In this document: positions 18,086-32,600 of the stretch, in pieces | Position numbering within the stretch: position 1 is the stretch's first letter | Layout: each line of letters opens with the position of its first letter | NCBI GenBank assembly: GCA_964106645.2 | Contig: OZ067045.1 | Length of the DNA stretch: 64,000 bases | Strand: one strand, 5' to 3' | Source: Podarcis pityusensis | Lineage: Eukaryota | Notes under the pieces: generated by a model | Told to the model about the DNA's origin: nothing | Databases searched by the model: none | The model's input: only the letters and a program-made list of their open reading frames with translations | Translations under genes and position numbers: made by a program

Positions 18086-21000
18086 GTAGGTCACGGTTAT
18101 CCTTGTTCAATGTGCTTAAGCTATAACTGCATGTGTAAGTAGAAAGAAAAATGGGGAAACCAAGAATGGTTATTATTCCAATTGAATTACATGGCTGAGT
18201 TTAGCCATTATTAGGATTCACCCAAATTCATTCTCTACTGGCATTTAAAGCTATCTTTGACTTCATGTATTTCCAGGATGCAGTTATATTTAGGGAGCTA
18301 TGTTTTGATTTCTTACTTTTTGCCTACAAAATATTTCACGCAAATATTTTTTTAATTTGCAAATAAAGTTCAAGTAGCTTATCACAAACCCTAACTAGTT
18401 AGCACATAAAATATAATTTCTACTCAGTAGGCCACTAGAAATTAATGGTTTTCTGTTGGGTACGTTCATTAATCTGCTAATAAGTCAGTCACAGTTCTAG
18501 TATTTTTAGTTCCACTGAGTTTGATGGGTTTTCTAGAGTTTGGTATTGTTCTGCCCATATATCAAAACTAGAGAAGGTTGGTCTTTGTTTCAAATAACAT
18601 GATTAATTGGGAAATCTGAGAAGAGGAATTGATTTGAAACCAATATAGTCTACATGGAGGAATAACTCTAAATGTAGTTATGGGCTGTATTTTCCCTTGG
18701 CATCACATTGTCTGTGGTTTTGCTGCTTTGTTGTCAGCAGGTAAATCACCTGTAATCGTGCACCATTATCAGGGACTGCTTTGATAAGTGCACATTTAGA
18801 GAAGAAGGCACAATTTAGATAACCCAAGCTTTAAAGTTAAAACAAGATTTTGGTGTGATTAATAAAGTCACCCTGCTTGTAATTTATTAGAAGGCATGCC
18901 ACAAAGGATATTTCAAATAATTTCAGAATGAGAGGTGATGATTATCAAGACTATTTTGAGCTTATAAGCTTTTTACTGAACTCTATTATCGAGGAAGGGG
19001 CATAACACAAAGCAGATCAGAGCTTTCATAATGAGTACAAGAGCAATTAACTGTTCTTTGCAGAAGACGTAGCAAGCTTGAGAGAAAATAGTTAGCTCTG
19101 CCCCTTTCAGTGTTCCTGTCCTTCAGATTAACATCACTTAAAAGGGAATTACTTCGATCTAGAGAACCTGTGAATGGAAGGGAAATAGCTATTAGCACTG
19201 CTCCACAAATGCTTTCTGAAGAGTTAGAATCATAGAATTGTAGAGTTGGAAGGGACCACAAGGGTCCAACCCCCTGCAATGCAGAATTCCCCCCCCCCCA
19301 ACATGGGACTGCAACCCACAATCCTGAGAGTAAGAGTCTCATGCTCTACCGACTGCTACAGTAAACTATTTTGGACCTTAAGCTGCCCTCTATGTTGTGA
19401 CTGGAACTGGGGGCAAAGTCCACTGCATGTGTATCTCATCGCAGATTCCCAATAAGGCCCAGGAGCAAAATGCTTTATCTATCTAGGGCTTGCCAATACC
19501 CCACTGTGTCCTCAGTTGGCTTTGCCTGCCTGGAGTGTGTGTGTGTGGAAATCCCAACGTGTGTGGCTGGAATGCAGCCTACTTTACAAATGCAATGGAT
19601 GTGACTTTTTTACACTAGCCCCATCCAGGTTGCCTGTGAGGGAATATGGCCCTCCGAAAAATATTGCCCACTCGTTACAGAAGAAATATGCATATGCCCT
19701 AGATTTAAAGTGGAAGAGAAGGATAGAAAAAATTGCATAGATAGCTGCTTCTATATTTCCAGCAGAGGCCAGTAATAACCGTCTGCACTTAATGCCCATT
19801 ATGAAGGAGATATCAAAGTATGGAGTTTTCTCTGTCTATCTGCTTAAAAGATTTCAGGGTTGTGTGACTTAGCATCCCCAATTCATTCCCTTTCACCCCC
19901 ATCCACAACCAGAGCCTTTTCTCAATTCACCCACAGATGTTTTGTCTCAACTCTTATTTCAGTTGTAATTTCCCACAAATAGTTTCCCCCCCCCCTTACT
20001 CTACCTATTTAAATTATTAAATAAAAAATAACTTTCTCCTCCCTGCTGTTTTCCTTTCACTTTCCACCTCCATTCTGAATTAGGACTGCAATATTTTCTG
20101 CCATAGCAACATAACTGGCTGTTGCCCATTTGAGCTACCATGAAAAACTAGTGTAATTTTGATTAATATAGCAGAGAATGGAGTTTATTCACCCTGTACA
20201 GCACTAAGGTTGTTCTGAGTAGAAAGAATGGAATTAACATGACTTCACTTAGGTTTGCTAATTTCAGTGGGATTTACTCATTGAGTAAAAGGATTGAATA
20301 TAAAACAACCCTTGGTTCTTTTTAACAGCATTATAATAGATAGGTTCAATACATTTCTGCCTGTATAAGAGTTTGCACAAGTGAGAAGAGCATCTTGGGA
20401 TTTAGCTCACTTGTCTCACACAGTGCCCTAGCACAATGCCTTCTTTGTGCAAAATACCCCCTTTTTCTGCATCTTTTGATACAACCCTTTTAAGAACCAG
20501 CTGGGTCAATTTAGTGCATTTTAGTGTAGATTTTGTTGTTTTATATTCTTTTGTGTACCACCTTGGGTGGATGTTTCTTTTGAAAGATAGGGTATAAATC
20601 AAATGAATACATTTTACATGTATTTTCCAGTGCCAGAACAATCCAAGAGAAATCAGTTTTCCCTCAGTTTTCTTTTTGGAAATCTGTTCTCTGTTTATGT
20701 TACATAAACTGTAGCCAACATCTGGAGTGGATACTACCATCCATTTCAAACATATTGGAGGAGTTGTTTTTGTTTTTTAAAGATAAATATTTATTAGAAC
20801 TATCTTCTCCAGGTGGAAAATTGTGGAAGAAACTTTCACTCATCGTTGGTGGAATCGTTGGCATAACTCTGGGAATCTTCACTTCTGTTTATGTTGCTAC
20901 ACTACATGAAAATGATCTGTGGTTCTCCAACATCAAGGTAACAGAATGACTCTGATTGCATGATTGGTTTCCTAAGGCATTGTTCACATTGTGGCTTTTC

Positions 21001-23587
21001 AGACTTTTTTCTGCCGAGCTATCCACAGCTACCATAGCATTGCCTTTTTCTACATTGTTGATAATTTTACTCTCTCCCACATCAACCACTGTTCTTATCA
21101 GGTGTGTCTTGAGGACATACTGAGGTAGTAGAAAGCAGATAACAAGCTGAAAGTAGCAGCTATGTTGATGTGTTTTTTATTTGTTTATAATAAAGCATCC
21201 TGGATTGCTCAGACTGAATGGTGGTTGAACCATGAACTGTATATACACTGTTCTTTTTAATTGGATCTTACATTATTGAGGGAGGAAGGTTAAAGCTTTA
21301 ATTTCCCTTCAGAGAAGGGCCACTTCAGAAGTTTTTATTTTTCGTGGGTTCCCATGAAATACCACCAGTAAAACAGAAACTGGAATGGACTATTTCACTA
21401 TACCATATATTAAAATTGTGCCACCGTGTTAGATGTGACTTGGGCATAGGCAAGGTTCTTAAGCAAGTTTCCAGTAGATTTTCCATTCTGACTACAGCAG
21501 GTTAGTATCATATACTGCAGTAGCAGAATTCATCATGTGGTACATTAAAGTAGTTTCATCTAATGATGTCATATTAATAGCACCTATTTTATCTTTGACT
21601 CTATTAGGAAAAACTCAATTGCAATTTATTGTCAGCCCCTGCAAAATAAATCAGGGCTGGATGTGATAGAAAATCTGCCAAGAGAAGAATGAAAATTTCA
21701 GTCAATAACTTGGTGCTATCAACACAGATTTTTTTCCATGAAGAGAAAATAAATGATTTATACAGGATAGAGGGTTTATTAGGAACACACCTTTTGCTTC
21801 TTCTGGGTCTTGCAAGTCTATAACATCTAAATATGAATTTCTTTGAGTCTTGGGCAAAAAAAATGTGTGCAGTTCATTTAGGTCCTGTTCCCAAAGTCCT
21901 GGATAGGAAACTGAGGCACAGAAATAATGATTTAGTATAGTCAAGCTGAGAGTTGAACCCAATTTCCCATGCCATGATTCAGCTTTCCAGCAATAGAATT
22001 CATTATTTCTCTTCCAGCAAAGTCTAATTTCAGTACATGGCTAGCTGTTGTATATAAATCCGTTGCTTTCTTCATTCATCAAAGCTGAATAAACACTCCA
22101 ATCAGAGCAAATGGGCTTGAGGTTAACCAGCCAAGAGTTCTGTGTGTATTAACTGTGTTTGTTGACGGCATGCTGTGCAACCTTGGTCACGTTAATGCAG
22201 TTATCTGTATTGAGCTTTCACTTTTATGCTTAAGAAGATTTGCTACGTAATTAATTGGATTTTATTTTTAAAAGCAATATTCTTTTATTTCTTTTTCTGG
22301 TGCAGTTTTGGTTTTTATTAAGCAAGCAAACAAAGAAAGCTGAAATACTTTCTTGAGTGTATTACATTGGGTTCTTTTGAAAGACAGTATCAAGCTTTGT
22401 TTGATCTAGTTCCCAAACTCTTCACTGATGTGGGACCCCAGAGGCATTTTGTTGCAGCACAAGATTCAGTTGTTAGCCTTGTTCTCTGATTGGAAAGCCA
22501 TTGCTTTTCCAAGATTCTCTCATGTGCCTGAATTCCAGACAGTCACCCACAAGGCTTTTGGGCTCCAAAGATCACTGAAAAACCAGAACCTTTTATAGAT
22601 GTGAATGTGTTGAACATAAATAGAATATTAATTTTGGAAAGATATTTTTACATGACTCTGTTCAAAATACCTTGCAACTGATCATCCTTATCTTCCACAT
22701 AGAACCAAAGAATTGTAGAGTTGGAAGGGACCCAAAGGGTCATCTGGTTCAACCCCCTGCAATGCAGGAATAACATGTTTGTGCTGATGTGAGATTGAGT
22801 TGTGTTTACAGAGGGAGAAGAGTGCACAATAATGGGAGATGTTTAGCTCCTTGCCAGTTCTCCGGCCTTTTGAAAAAGGTGAATCCCTAGTTGGAGAATA
22901 TTGTAAAAGAATAAAAAGATACAAGGGAAAAGAGCCCCTCATATTATCCTGACAAGGTCTATACATAGCTTTCGTGTAGCAACAAAGCATTAGAAACAAC
23001 TAAAATCTCCGACGGCAGTGAAAGTGAGACCACTGCAGAAGGGGAAGAAGGGGAAGAAAAGAGAGGAAAGAAAACGTTGGGTGAAATATTTTAAGTCCAC
23101 CTTTTGGAGATTTCAGCTGAGCTGGGCCTCCCCTCCACAGGGTTCATAGGTCTGCCCTGCCATGTAGCACCATGATGGTGGCAGTGGGAGATGAAGGCAG
23201 GAACTGGTGTCTGAATGATGCAGCAAAATGTTTTAAAGTATTGGTCCTAGTGTGGAAGGGGGCATCAGTCCTTCACTCCAGACAGTAAAATGTCTTGGAC
23301 TTCTCCTACTTAAGAACTACCTGCCCTGAGGGTAGAAGAGAAAAGTCAAAAGAGCCTTTTGGAGGGGCTGGATGGCGGGACAATATACTCCCCCCTCCTC
23401 TGCTGGTCTGCTCCACTTCACCAGAGTGCCAGTATATGCTGCTTTTGCAGCTATGCCTTGAAACCTCCCCCCTCTTACACATAGTCCTGCAGCATTCAAG
23501 TTTAGGCTTGGTTGCAAACCTTGCTGCACCCCCAGCTCCCAACTCTCCAGTACAGTGTGGGAAGGGGAAGTTTAACCCCCCACCCCA

Positions 23588-23626
<39 letters not shown>

Positions 23627-26600
23627 ATGGTTAGTGGCTATCTCCTCCATCCTACCCCCACTACCACTATTTTCCTGACCCTGAGAGGTAGTTTAGAGGT
23701 AAAAGGTAGGTTAAGCACACATAACATATTTTCACAGTCCCACAAATTGTTTCAGTCATACTCCTGAAAGAAGTATTTCATAAGATTCCCCCACCACCAA
23801 TGTTTCTACAAATTTTCCATTTCTGACCCTGGAGTGCAGGGTATTTCCTGTTTCCCTCCTCAGGCCACCAATTTTATTTCATACAGATGAGTTCTGTTTC
23901 TCAGTCTTTGCTGAGATAGAAACATATGCATGAGGGAACTTCAGGGGCTGGTTTGTGCATGCAGCTTCTTTACTTGATGAGTGCAATAGCAATCAACATA
24001 ATTCATGTGCAAAACATCCATCACACAGACATAACACCACAGATAGTATATTCCTATTGATAAAAGGGATTGGCTTGTCACCACCATAGATGATAATAAA
24101 ATATTCAGTAGGCATTTTGTAGTTTACCTCCTTTTCTTCCGTAATTCCTAAAGGGAATCATAATAATGGAGCAGGGCATGACTGCAAATATTTTTGTACT
24201 TGCAGCTGATCGGATATCTCTAGAATAATGCAGAATTCACTTTTAATTGCTATATAAGCATCAGGAGTTTCAGCAAAGCATCATGGGGTTCATAGAGTCA
24301 AGACTTCATAAAAACAAATTACATATATATAGAATGTGTATAGTAGTATTATCTAAATATTAGCCTTGAAATTTCAGCCCATAGCTTTTGCCACTTTTAT
24401 TGACATCTGAGACTCTAGGAAGAGTATGAATCGCTCTAAAATTGGAAATGTGTTGTGAATGAGGAAAGCAGATGTTATCTTCGTATGAAACAGATGTAAA
24501 GCAGTAGTGTTTACCTCGTAAAGTATGGCATTTGGTTGAATACAGCTGGTGCCAGGCTTAAAGATTAATCACGTTTGATACAGTCTTGCTAATTAGATCC
24601 CTTTCAGTGCCCAGCCCTCCAGAATCAATTCCAAAATGTTTCAGAGCTTTCAAGTTTTAATACTTTCTGTAGTTGTGGGACTACCATAGGAACTTGAGTC
24701 ATATTACTCTGTCATTGTGAACTGATTAAACAGAGGTTGCAACTTTCAGTATTTCAGGTAATTTAGTGAACACCCACTGTTACCCACATCTTTCAGCACA
24801 CTACATAGCATACCCAGTCATGTAAAGTTGACATGTATTTAACCTGTCATTTTAGTTCATAAGTGTTGATTTTATTTATATTCTGATTTTTTTTAAAAAA
24901 AATGTTTTTGACTTTTATTGATAATTTTAATGTATGCCTTATATCTCTGTAAACTTCTTCGGGGTTTTAATTAAAATTAAGGGGCATACACATTCTGTTA
25001 AATAAAAACAAGGTAAGTAACGTTTAAATGGGTTGCAGTGTGAACCACCTGTCATTTTCTCTTTCTCCATTGGTTTGTCTTGGGATTAATATTGTTTTGG
25101 ATAATAAGAATATGACTGTGCTTTAATAGTAAGTTAAGACCAGGGGTCAGCAAACTTTTTCAGCAGGGGGCCAATCCACTGTCCCTCAGATCTGGAGGGG
25201 AACCGGACTATATTTTTTTGGTGGGGGGAGGAATGAACGAATTCCTATGCCCCCCAAATAACCCAGCGATGCATTTTAAATAAAAGGACACATTCTACTC
25301 ATGTAAAAACACACTGATTCCTTTACCGTCCGTGGGCCGGATTTAGAAGGCAGTTGGGCCGGATCCGGCCCCTGGGCCTTAGTTTGCCTACCCATGGTTA
25401 AGACCATTTCATTCCAGCCTTTTAGTGCAGTAACAGTGATTGGGTTGACTAAGAACAAAGTTTTGAAGCTGCAGAATGAGGCATAGAAGCCAACACTATA
25501 ATTTAACAGTAAAAACAATAAAACAGAAACAGGTAAAAAGTGCTTAAAAACAAGGGGTAGCAGTCCATAAAAGCCCCTCAGACTAGGATAACAAATGTTT
25601 GCTGGAATAAAAACAGTTTAGCTAGAAAGTGGAAAGACAAAAACTGCTTGAGACAGTTGCTAGCTGCAAAAAAGTATAAATGCATTGAAGACAGTTTTTA
25701 CAAAATTTCAGGCCTGTATTTCTTCTTAGATTTGGGTTTTTTTTAAAAAAAACCCTGGGAGTTTTAAACTGACCAGTGACAGTTCTAAGAACACATCTGC
25801 TCACAGTAAGTCTGTTGGTAAAAAATCCTTGGCAGCTGACCTAGGCTGATACACAGAAGTAATATCTAGGAAATCATGTTACTTCAGTTTTTCCTTGTGA
25901 TTTTTGCAGATACTTTGGCTATCCAAAATGAAATGGAGGTTTCAGCTGCCTTTCATGTCTTTATTAGTTTACTTTTTGGACTAGAGCCATAGTTTTCTGG
26001 TAGATTTGGACCTTGGAGATCTCTGGACTTAAATCTCTGGTGTGCCACCAACTCATCAAAATGTCCTTGACTAATCCCAACCTCACTTCCCTTTTGGTTA
26101 ACGTAGGAAGGATAGTGATCTATTGCATGGTATTGTTGCACTGAGGAATGAGGTGAGGATTAGAGAGCAGTTTTCCTCTATCTCATAAACTGCTATTGTT
26201 GCTGATCTTAACTATGTTACACTAATTTTATTAAACAGGTCAGAGGCAAGCGATAGTAAGACAAGCATCAGGTTAAGTTTATTCTTGATCTTAACTGGCA
26301 TGTTTCCTTCCAGGAGGTAGAGCGGGAGATTTCATTCAGGACAGAATGTGGCCTGTATTACTCTTATTACAAGCAGATGCTACAAGCTCCATCCATTCAA
26401 CTAGGTATTGTAACTTTTATTTTCTGAACTGGATAAAGTACAAATGGCTCTCAGAAGCACTACTCTTCTGTGTTTTTAAAGAGAATGCTGGATTATCAAC
26501 TTCCATCTTCTGTTTGTCGGTGGCTTTTTATATAAATCCCAGGAACACAAACCAATTGTTAGTGGCAGAAGTGCTTGTCATACCTGGAGGTGCCTATTGT

Positions 26601-29600
26601 TGCTAGATAGCATAGAATTTTAGGTATTACCTATATCAATGGAAGCATTACTTTCATCTTAAACTATATGGTTCAGATGATACTGATTTCTAAAAAGTAG
26701 ACTCAGAGCCCCAGAGCACTCCATTTGCAATAAAAGCAGCACTATTTATTAGATTACTTTCCATGAATCTACTCCTGGACACACTTAAGTGGTAAGCTCC
26801 ATTGAACACAGTAGAACCTACTTCTTGGGATACACTGTCATATGTGGCTCCTAAAGAGGGGTATTCTAACTCAAAAATAAGTGATGCAAATTGACTTACT
26901 TTCCTTAGACTTTCTCAAAGCATGTGCATTTTGACTGGTATCACCCACCAACCAGATCTAGCTCCTTGTAAGAAGCCAAATGACTTTAACAGTAGCAGAG
27001 CATATTTAATGAGTAGCATTCTAGTTTTAACTTTAAATTCTCTTGCAGAAGACGTTTACATTTTAATGGTTTTTAAATGCAGGTGTGCCTTCATTTTATT
27101 TTCTTCTTTCTACAGGTTTACATCGCTTGATGTTTGACAATAAAACTGAGTCCATGAGGACAATTAACATACTTGAAAGAATGAATGTTTACCAAGAAGT
27201 CTTTCTCAGCATTCTGTATAGGGTTTTTCATATGAATGTGAGTGTTTAATTATAAAAGTCCCTGATAAATGCACAAGCATCTTGCCCAAGTCAGTACAGT
27301 GACAAGTTTTGTGGAAATTCGTCTTTACCCAGCATTAAGTCCCATTAAGTTTAATGAGATTTACTCTAGGAATTGTGGGTAAGGACCTAAGAAAAGCCCT
27401 GCTGGGGCAGGCCAAAGCACCTTGTTCTCACTGTGCCAAACAGATTCCTGTAGAAAACCAGCAAGCTGATCATGATCACAGCAGCTCTCTCCCACTCATG
27501 ATCCTGAGCAACTGGTATTCAAAGGCATACTGCCTATGACCCTGACAGAAATGGATGCCATCATGACTAGTCCTAGTCAGAACAGGCCCATTCAAATTAA
27601 TAAACCCAATTTAGACACATTCAATGGATCTTCTCTGAGCAGGATTGCATTGGCTACCACCCTAAAGTTAAACTGTGTTGTGCAAAGAAGCTTTATAGTA
27701 GAATCCTATATAGGTCCTATATTTCAATGGTACCTGCTTCCTGAGAGCCAGTGTGGTGTAGTGGTTAAGAGCGGTAGACTCATAATCTGGTGAACCGGGT
27801 TCGCGTCTCTGCTCCTCCACATGCAGCTGCTGGGTGACCTTGGGCTAGTCACACTTCTTTGAAGTCTCTCAACCCCACTCACCTCACAGAGTGTTTGTTG
27901 TGGGGGAGGAAGGGAAAGGAGAATGTTAGCCGCTTTGAGACTCCTTCGGGTAGTGATAAAGCGGGATATCAAATCCAAACTCCTCCTCCTCTTCTTCTTC
28001 TTCTTCTAAGTATGCATAAGATTGCAATCTCATTTTACAAACATTCTTATGATCGGAATTGTTGGTTTCATGCTAAGACAAGTACTATTTGTTTAATGGT
28101 TTCCTGTGTTCTTCCTTCACAGAATTTTTTTGAACCTGTTTATTTTTACATCTACACATTGTTTAGCCTTCAGGCAGTCTATGTTGCTGCTCTGTATGTG
28201 ACCAGCTGGCTTCTCAGTGGAACTTGGCTTTCAGGTGTATTAGCAGCCTTCTGGTATATCACAAACAGGTGAGGATACTTCTGCAAATCCTCCTCTGAAA
28301 TAATCCAATATTTGCCATGCTATAGAAAAGAATATATTCATTTCTTCAAGTTAGATTGCTATATATTTTGGAAAGTGGTTTGCCTTCTCGCTGTGCATTT
28401 AGACACCTCTTAGGACATCATAACCAAGTTTCACGTGATGGTTCCTGAGATCAAGGAGCAGGTTTTTTTTTTCTGTTCTTCGATGGACTCTATTTTGAAT
28501 CAAGATAGTAGACTAAGCCTTTCAAAACAGATTTTTTTCTTTTTTGTTTAGAATTCCCAAGCAACGCAGCTGCTGGTTTTTTATGGGCAGATAAGTGTTG
28601 CACTAGCAAAGGCATGTTGGTTTTAGCTCAAGACTTTCCTGTGTATGTGAGCCTCAGAATGGGACACATAATTTAGAAAAGATATGAGGGAGGGAGAATA
28701 CATGGGAATAGAATGAGGTAGGTAGCCAAAACATAGTACAGAAAGGATTTGAAGCTCTGGAGGCTCTGTATAAAAAAGAGCCTGTTCTAGTTTAGAATAA
28801 CCCTAAGGGGAAAAACTTCCTTTTGTGTAGAAATGTTGAAAACTGGGCTGTGGGCCACTCATAGGTGCTTTAGTGCTGCTAAACATTTATTTTGTGCCAT
28901 TAGTGTCTAGACAGTGTATGGAGCACAACATGACACAGTCAATAAGCTGTCAATTAACTGGTTTTTAATATATTAATAAAAATAATTGCTGCAATATTTC
29001 ACTGCAGAACATACTTCGAAGATGGTCAATGAAGCTGGCTGTATTTCCTTGACTAAACAGCGTGTGCCAATAATTCTTTTTTCTTTTTTTAATTTTACAA
29101 GTCTTTGGCATTTGCACATTGCTACTTTAGATTTAGGCGATCTATAACAACACATCCTGTTAACAGGGTCCCTCTCTGGTTGAAATCAGATTTTATCAGT
29201 TTACTTGTAATGCATTAACTGAATTAGCCCGAATGCTTTCTGCCATATTTGAAATTAGTGAAGTAATAGTCGATGTCCATTTTCAATGTTGAGATTTGCA
29301 TCTTTGTAGAGGACTTGCCCGTTGTTGCTTATATGAACCTTTTGCTTTGTTTTCTGCAGAACAGATACCACCCGGGTGGAATTCACCATTCCGTTAAGAG
29401 AGAACTGGGCACTGCCATTCTTTGCTGTTCAGATAGCAGCAATTACATTCCTCTTCAGATCTCATTTGCGACCCACTCATGAAGTGAGCCTTTTCTAAAA
29501 GCACAAAAAAGTTTTCTCTTTAAAATGTAGTGATAAATGTTTCTAAAATAGCCAAGGTAATGCTGGCAGAAAATATATACCAGAAAATAATTATTGCTGT

Positions 29601-32600
29601 TCTTCCATAGTTAAATGTAAAATCTTTGATTGAATGCAGATGCTCCAATCCAGTTCAGAGCCACATTACTCACAGAAACAGGCTTCTATGTTGTATCCTT
29701 AGTTGCGTGGGGAATTGCATGTGAAAATGCCTCCTGAACACCCTATTCCACAACCTGATGCTGTAGGCATAGAGACCTTATAAAAAAAGCAGCAGCCTTG
29801 TTGGATATGTTATTCTGGAGAAAAAGGAGGTTTGGATACTATCCTCCCACTCCCCTTTTTCACTAGGATGATGATGGTGGTGGTGATCTTTTTTTGTTAA
29901 AAAATAGATTTATTGTTGCATGTGTGCTCTGTTGGTTCAGAGCCAGAGAGTGTACTTTGATATATGTCTACTTTGGAGTAGGGTTCTAAGAAGGCGTCAT
30001 TTTCCATTCTGCCCCTGTATTCTTCACATGAAGCACTATTTCCCGTTGCAGTTTGTCTTTCACCCAAATCTATGTCATTCATTTAGCTCTGTGGCAAAAT
30101 TACATAATTTGCGTAATTAATTAAATAAACTATGGAAATTATGTTGTCATGATGTTATTCCAACCCATTCATTTCACTGCAAAGGTAATTTAGGGTAAAG
30201 GAGGGGGACATAATATCATTTGCAGACTGAAAGCAACTGAATGAACTGATTTTTATTCTGGACATGGGACAAATAAGTGACCGCCAACAATTTCCATTCC
30301 TGTTTCTGTTTTTGTCAGAATGCTGCAACATCCCATTGTAAATAGATGCATGGTATTTTGAAATTATTTATGGGTGATGTATTTTATTTATTTTGTAACA
30401 GTCTGATTTTGGGGAATAGTTTTTGTTTAAAGCTGTTTGATACATTGAAATGGCCAGTAATCACTTTCCATTTTTTCCACTACGATCTTTCCTCATGTAT
30501 CTCATTTAGCTTATGTTTTTGTTTTTCCAGAGGCTGACACTTCTGGCAGTATTTATTTCAACCTTCCTCTTCAGCTTGGCTTGGCAGTTTAATCAGTTTA
30601 TGTTGTTGATCCAGGCACTGGTTTTGTTCACACTTGACTGTCTTGACTTGCTTCCTAGAGGAAAGGTAAGCTAATTGCTTAATGTGCCGCCATTGAAATA
30701 ATGGAAAACAGTCACGTTTAGGTGTGCTTGATTGTATGCAGTGTTGCGGCCACTGTGTGTGATTGCAAAGTTTGGAAGTCTGTCTTCATTATGAGGAACT
30801 CTGATGAAATAATACTGTGCTTGATGCAAAGTAAACTTGGTTATGTATGGATGTTTAGGATGGAATGTCTTGTTTTTCATATTTTTCAAATGAATACTAG
30901 AATCTTGACTTTCAAAGTGCCATAAAAAAAAATCTTAACTTGGCGTTGAGATATGGGAGTAGTAGAACTGTGTATCTTAAAGTACTTAACAACAATGTAA
31001 ATCAATGTCATGCTTTTTGGGTTGTTTTATTTAATTTTTAACAAACAACCCCACAAAGATCTGCAGGCAAGCTCAATTTTCTTGGTGGGTATTCTGCCCT
31101 CTCTGTCTTCTGGTGCCATTTTCTTCATTACAGGAGGGACTGGTGTGAGCATTGTGCAAGTTAGATAATTCAAAAAAATGAAGCTGTGGCATGAACAATT
31201 TCTTATTATTATGTTTGTAGGTGACCTGGATCTACATAATACAGGTGGCTAGTTTGCTGCTTGTTTGCGTCCTACAGTTCTTTAATTCCATGATAGTGGG
31301 ATCATTACTTATAAGCTTTAATTTGTCCACCTTGTTAGCAAGAAAACTCCAGGTATGTATTTATCATGGTTTAGTTTATTTTGTTAAAATAACAATTAAA
31401 TAGGGTCAGCTGAAAAGTTGTCTGCTTTGCTACTTGGGTAATCTTCATAAAATTACACATTTTATGCCTGCCACCTTTGATTAGCTATGTTAGGGACCAT
31501 GACTCATAAAGAGCAAGTCATGATCTCCACATCATTACAGGGAAATAGCCATGGTCAGTTTGAAAGCAGAGTTGCTGATCAAACAGTATTGGGACTGGAA
31601 CTCCTTAGTCCTGCTGTCTTCATGCATAATGAGCCCATGATATGCTTTATGGTCAGGTATTATTATTATTATTATTATTATTATTTATTATTTTAAATGA
31701 GATTCCCTCCTCCATCCTACTTACAATCTTGCTCAATAAGAACTGTTCTCACAGCAGAATATCTTCAAGTTTTCTGTTGCTTTTTTTCCACTGCTGCCAC
31801 TGCCTATCATAGTCATTTTTACAATCATTTTTTTCATTTGCTGTTGGAGACTCGGTGCTTTGAAAACCCTATTGGCTTCTCTCTTCAAAGATTTAGTGCT
31901 ATCCTGAAAGGAAACCTGAAACTACCTTGATGCACTAGCATCAGTACAACAGTGGTTTTAAAATTAAAATTAGATGGACAAGTAGTGCTCAGTAGCGTAG
32001 TTTGTTGTTTGATAGATACATCGTTTACAAAAAAAGAGGGGGAGAAGGAGAAATAGTTTCTTTCTTCTGTCATGTCCTCTTATTTTTCGTGTTCCCTCGT
32101 TCATTCCTACTGGCAAGGAAAAAGCTGCAAAGAAGAAAATTCAGCCTGTGAAGGTCATTAAAAGATGCTAGCATCTGGCACTGGAAAGCCTCCTGCTCTG
32201 GATTTCCACCATGCTCCTGTTCCTTCTTACCCAGAATGCTGAGTGAGCCCCTCCTTTCAGCAACTGCTGAAAGCTGATGGCGCTCAAGGAGCTCCTCCCC
32301 ACCAGCGACTGCTGTTTTGAAAGTATCCAGAAAGACCATCACCAAACTCCCAAATAAATCTAGTCTCTACCAGTGCCAAAGGGTGAAGGCAGTACTTTTT
32401 TAGGGTGAAGCCTCCAGAGGGGACCACCTCTAGAGGGGCTTCAGTCTAAATCTTGTTCAGCCTCAAGGGTGGTACCTGTCCCCCTTTCATCTTGGAGTGG
32501 TTCATTCCAAATGGGTCATTCCATGTCAAAGTAACAGAGCCATTAAACTGGCCAAATAGCACAATGTTTTCTCACAGTTCAGCCTATGGAAATGTTAAAA

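Noticed and set aside
19295-19357. Possible tRNA-Lys gene on the minus strand
   Set aside because: Acceptor stem and T-arm are degenerate and it is fused to a CR1 tail, so it is a SINE head.
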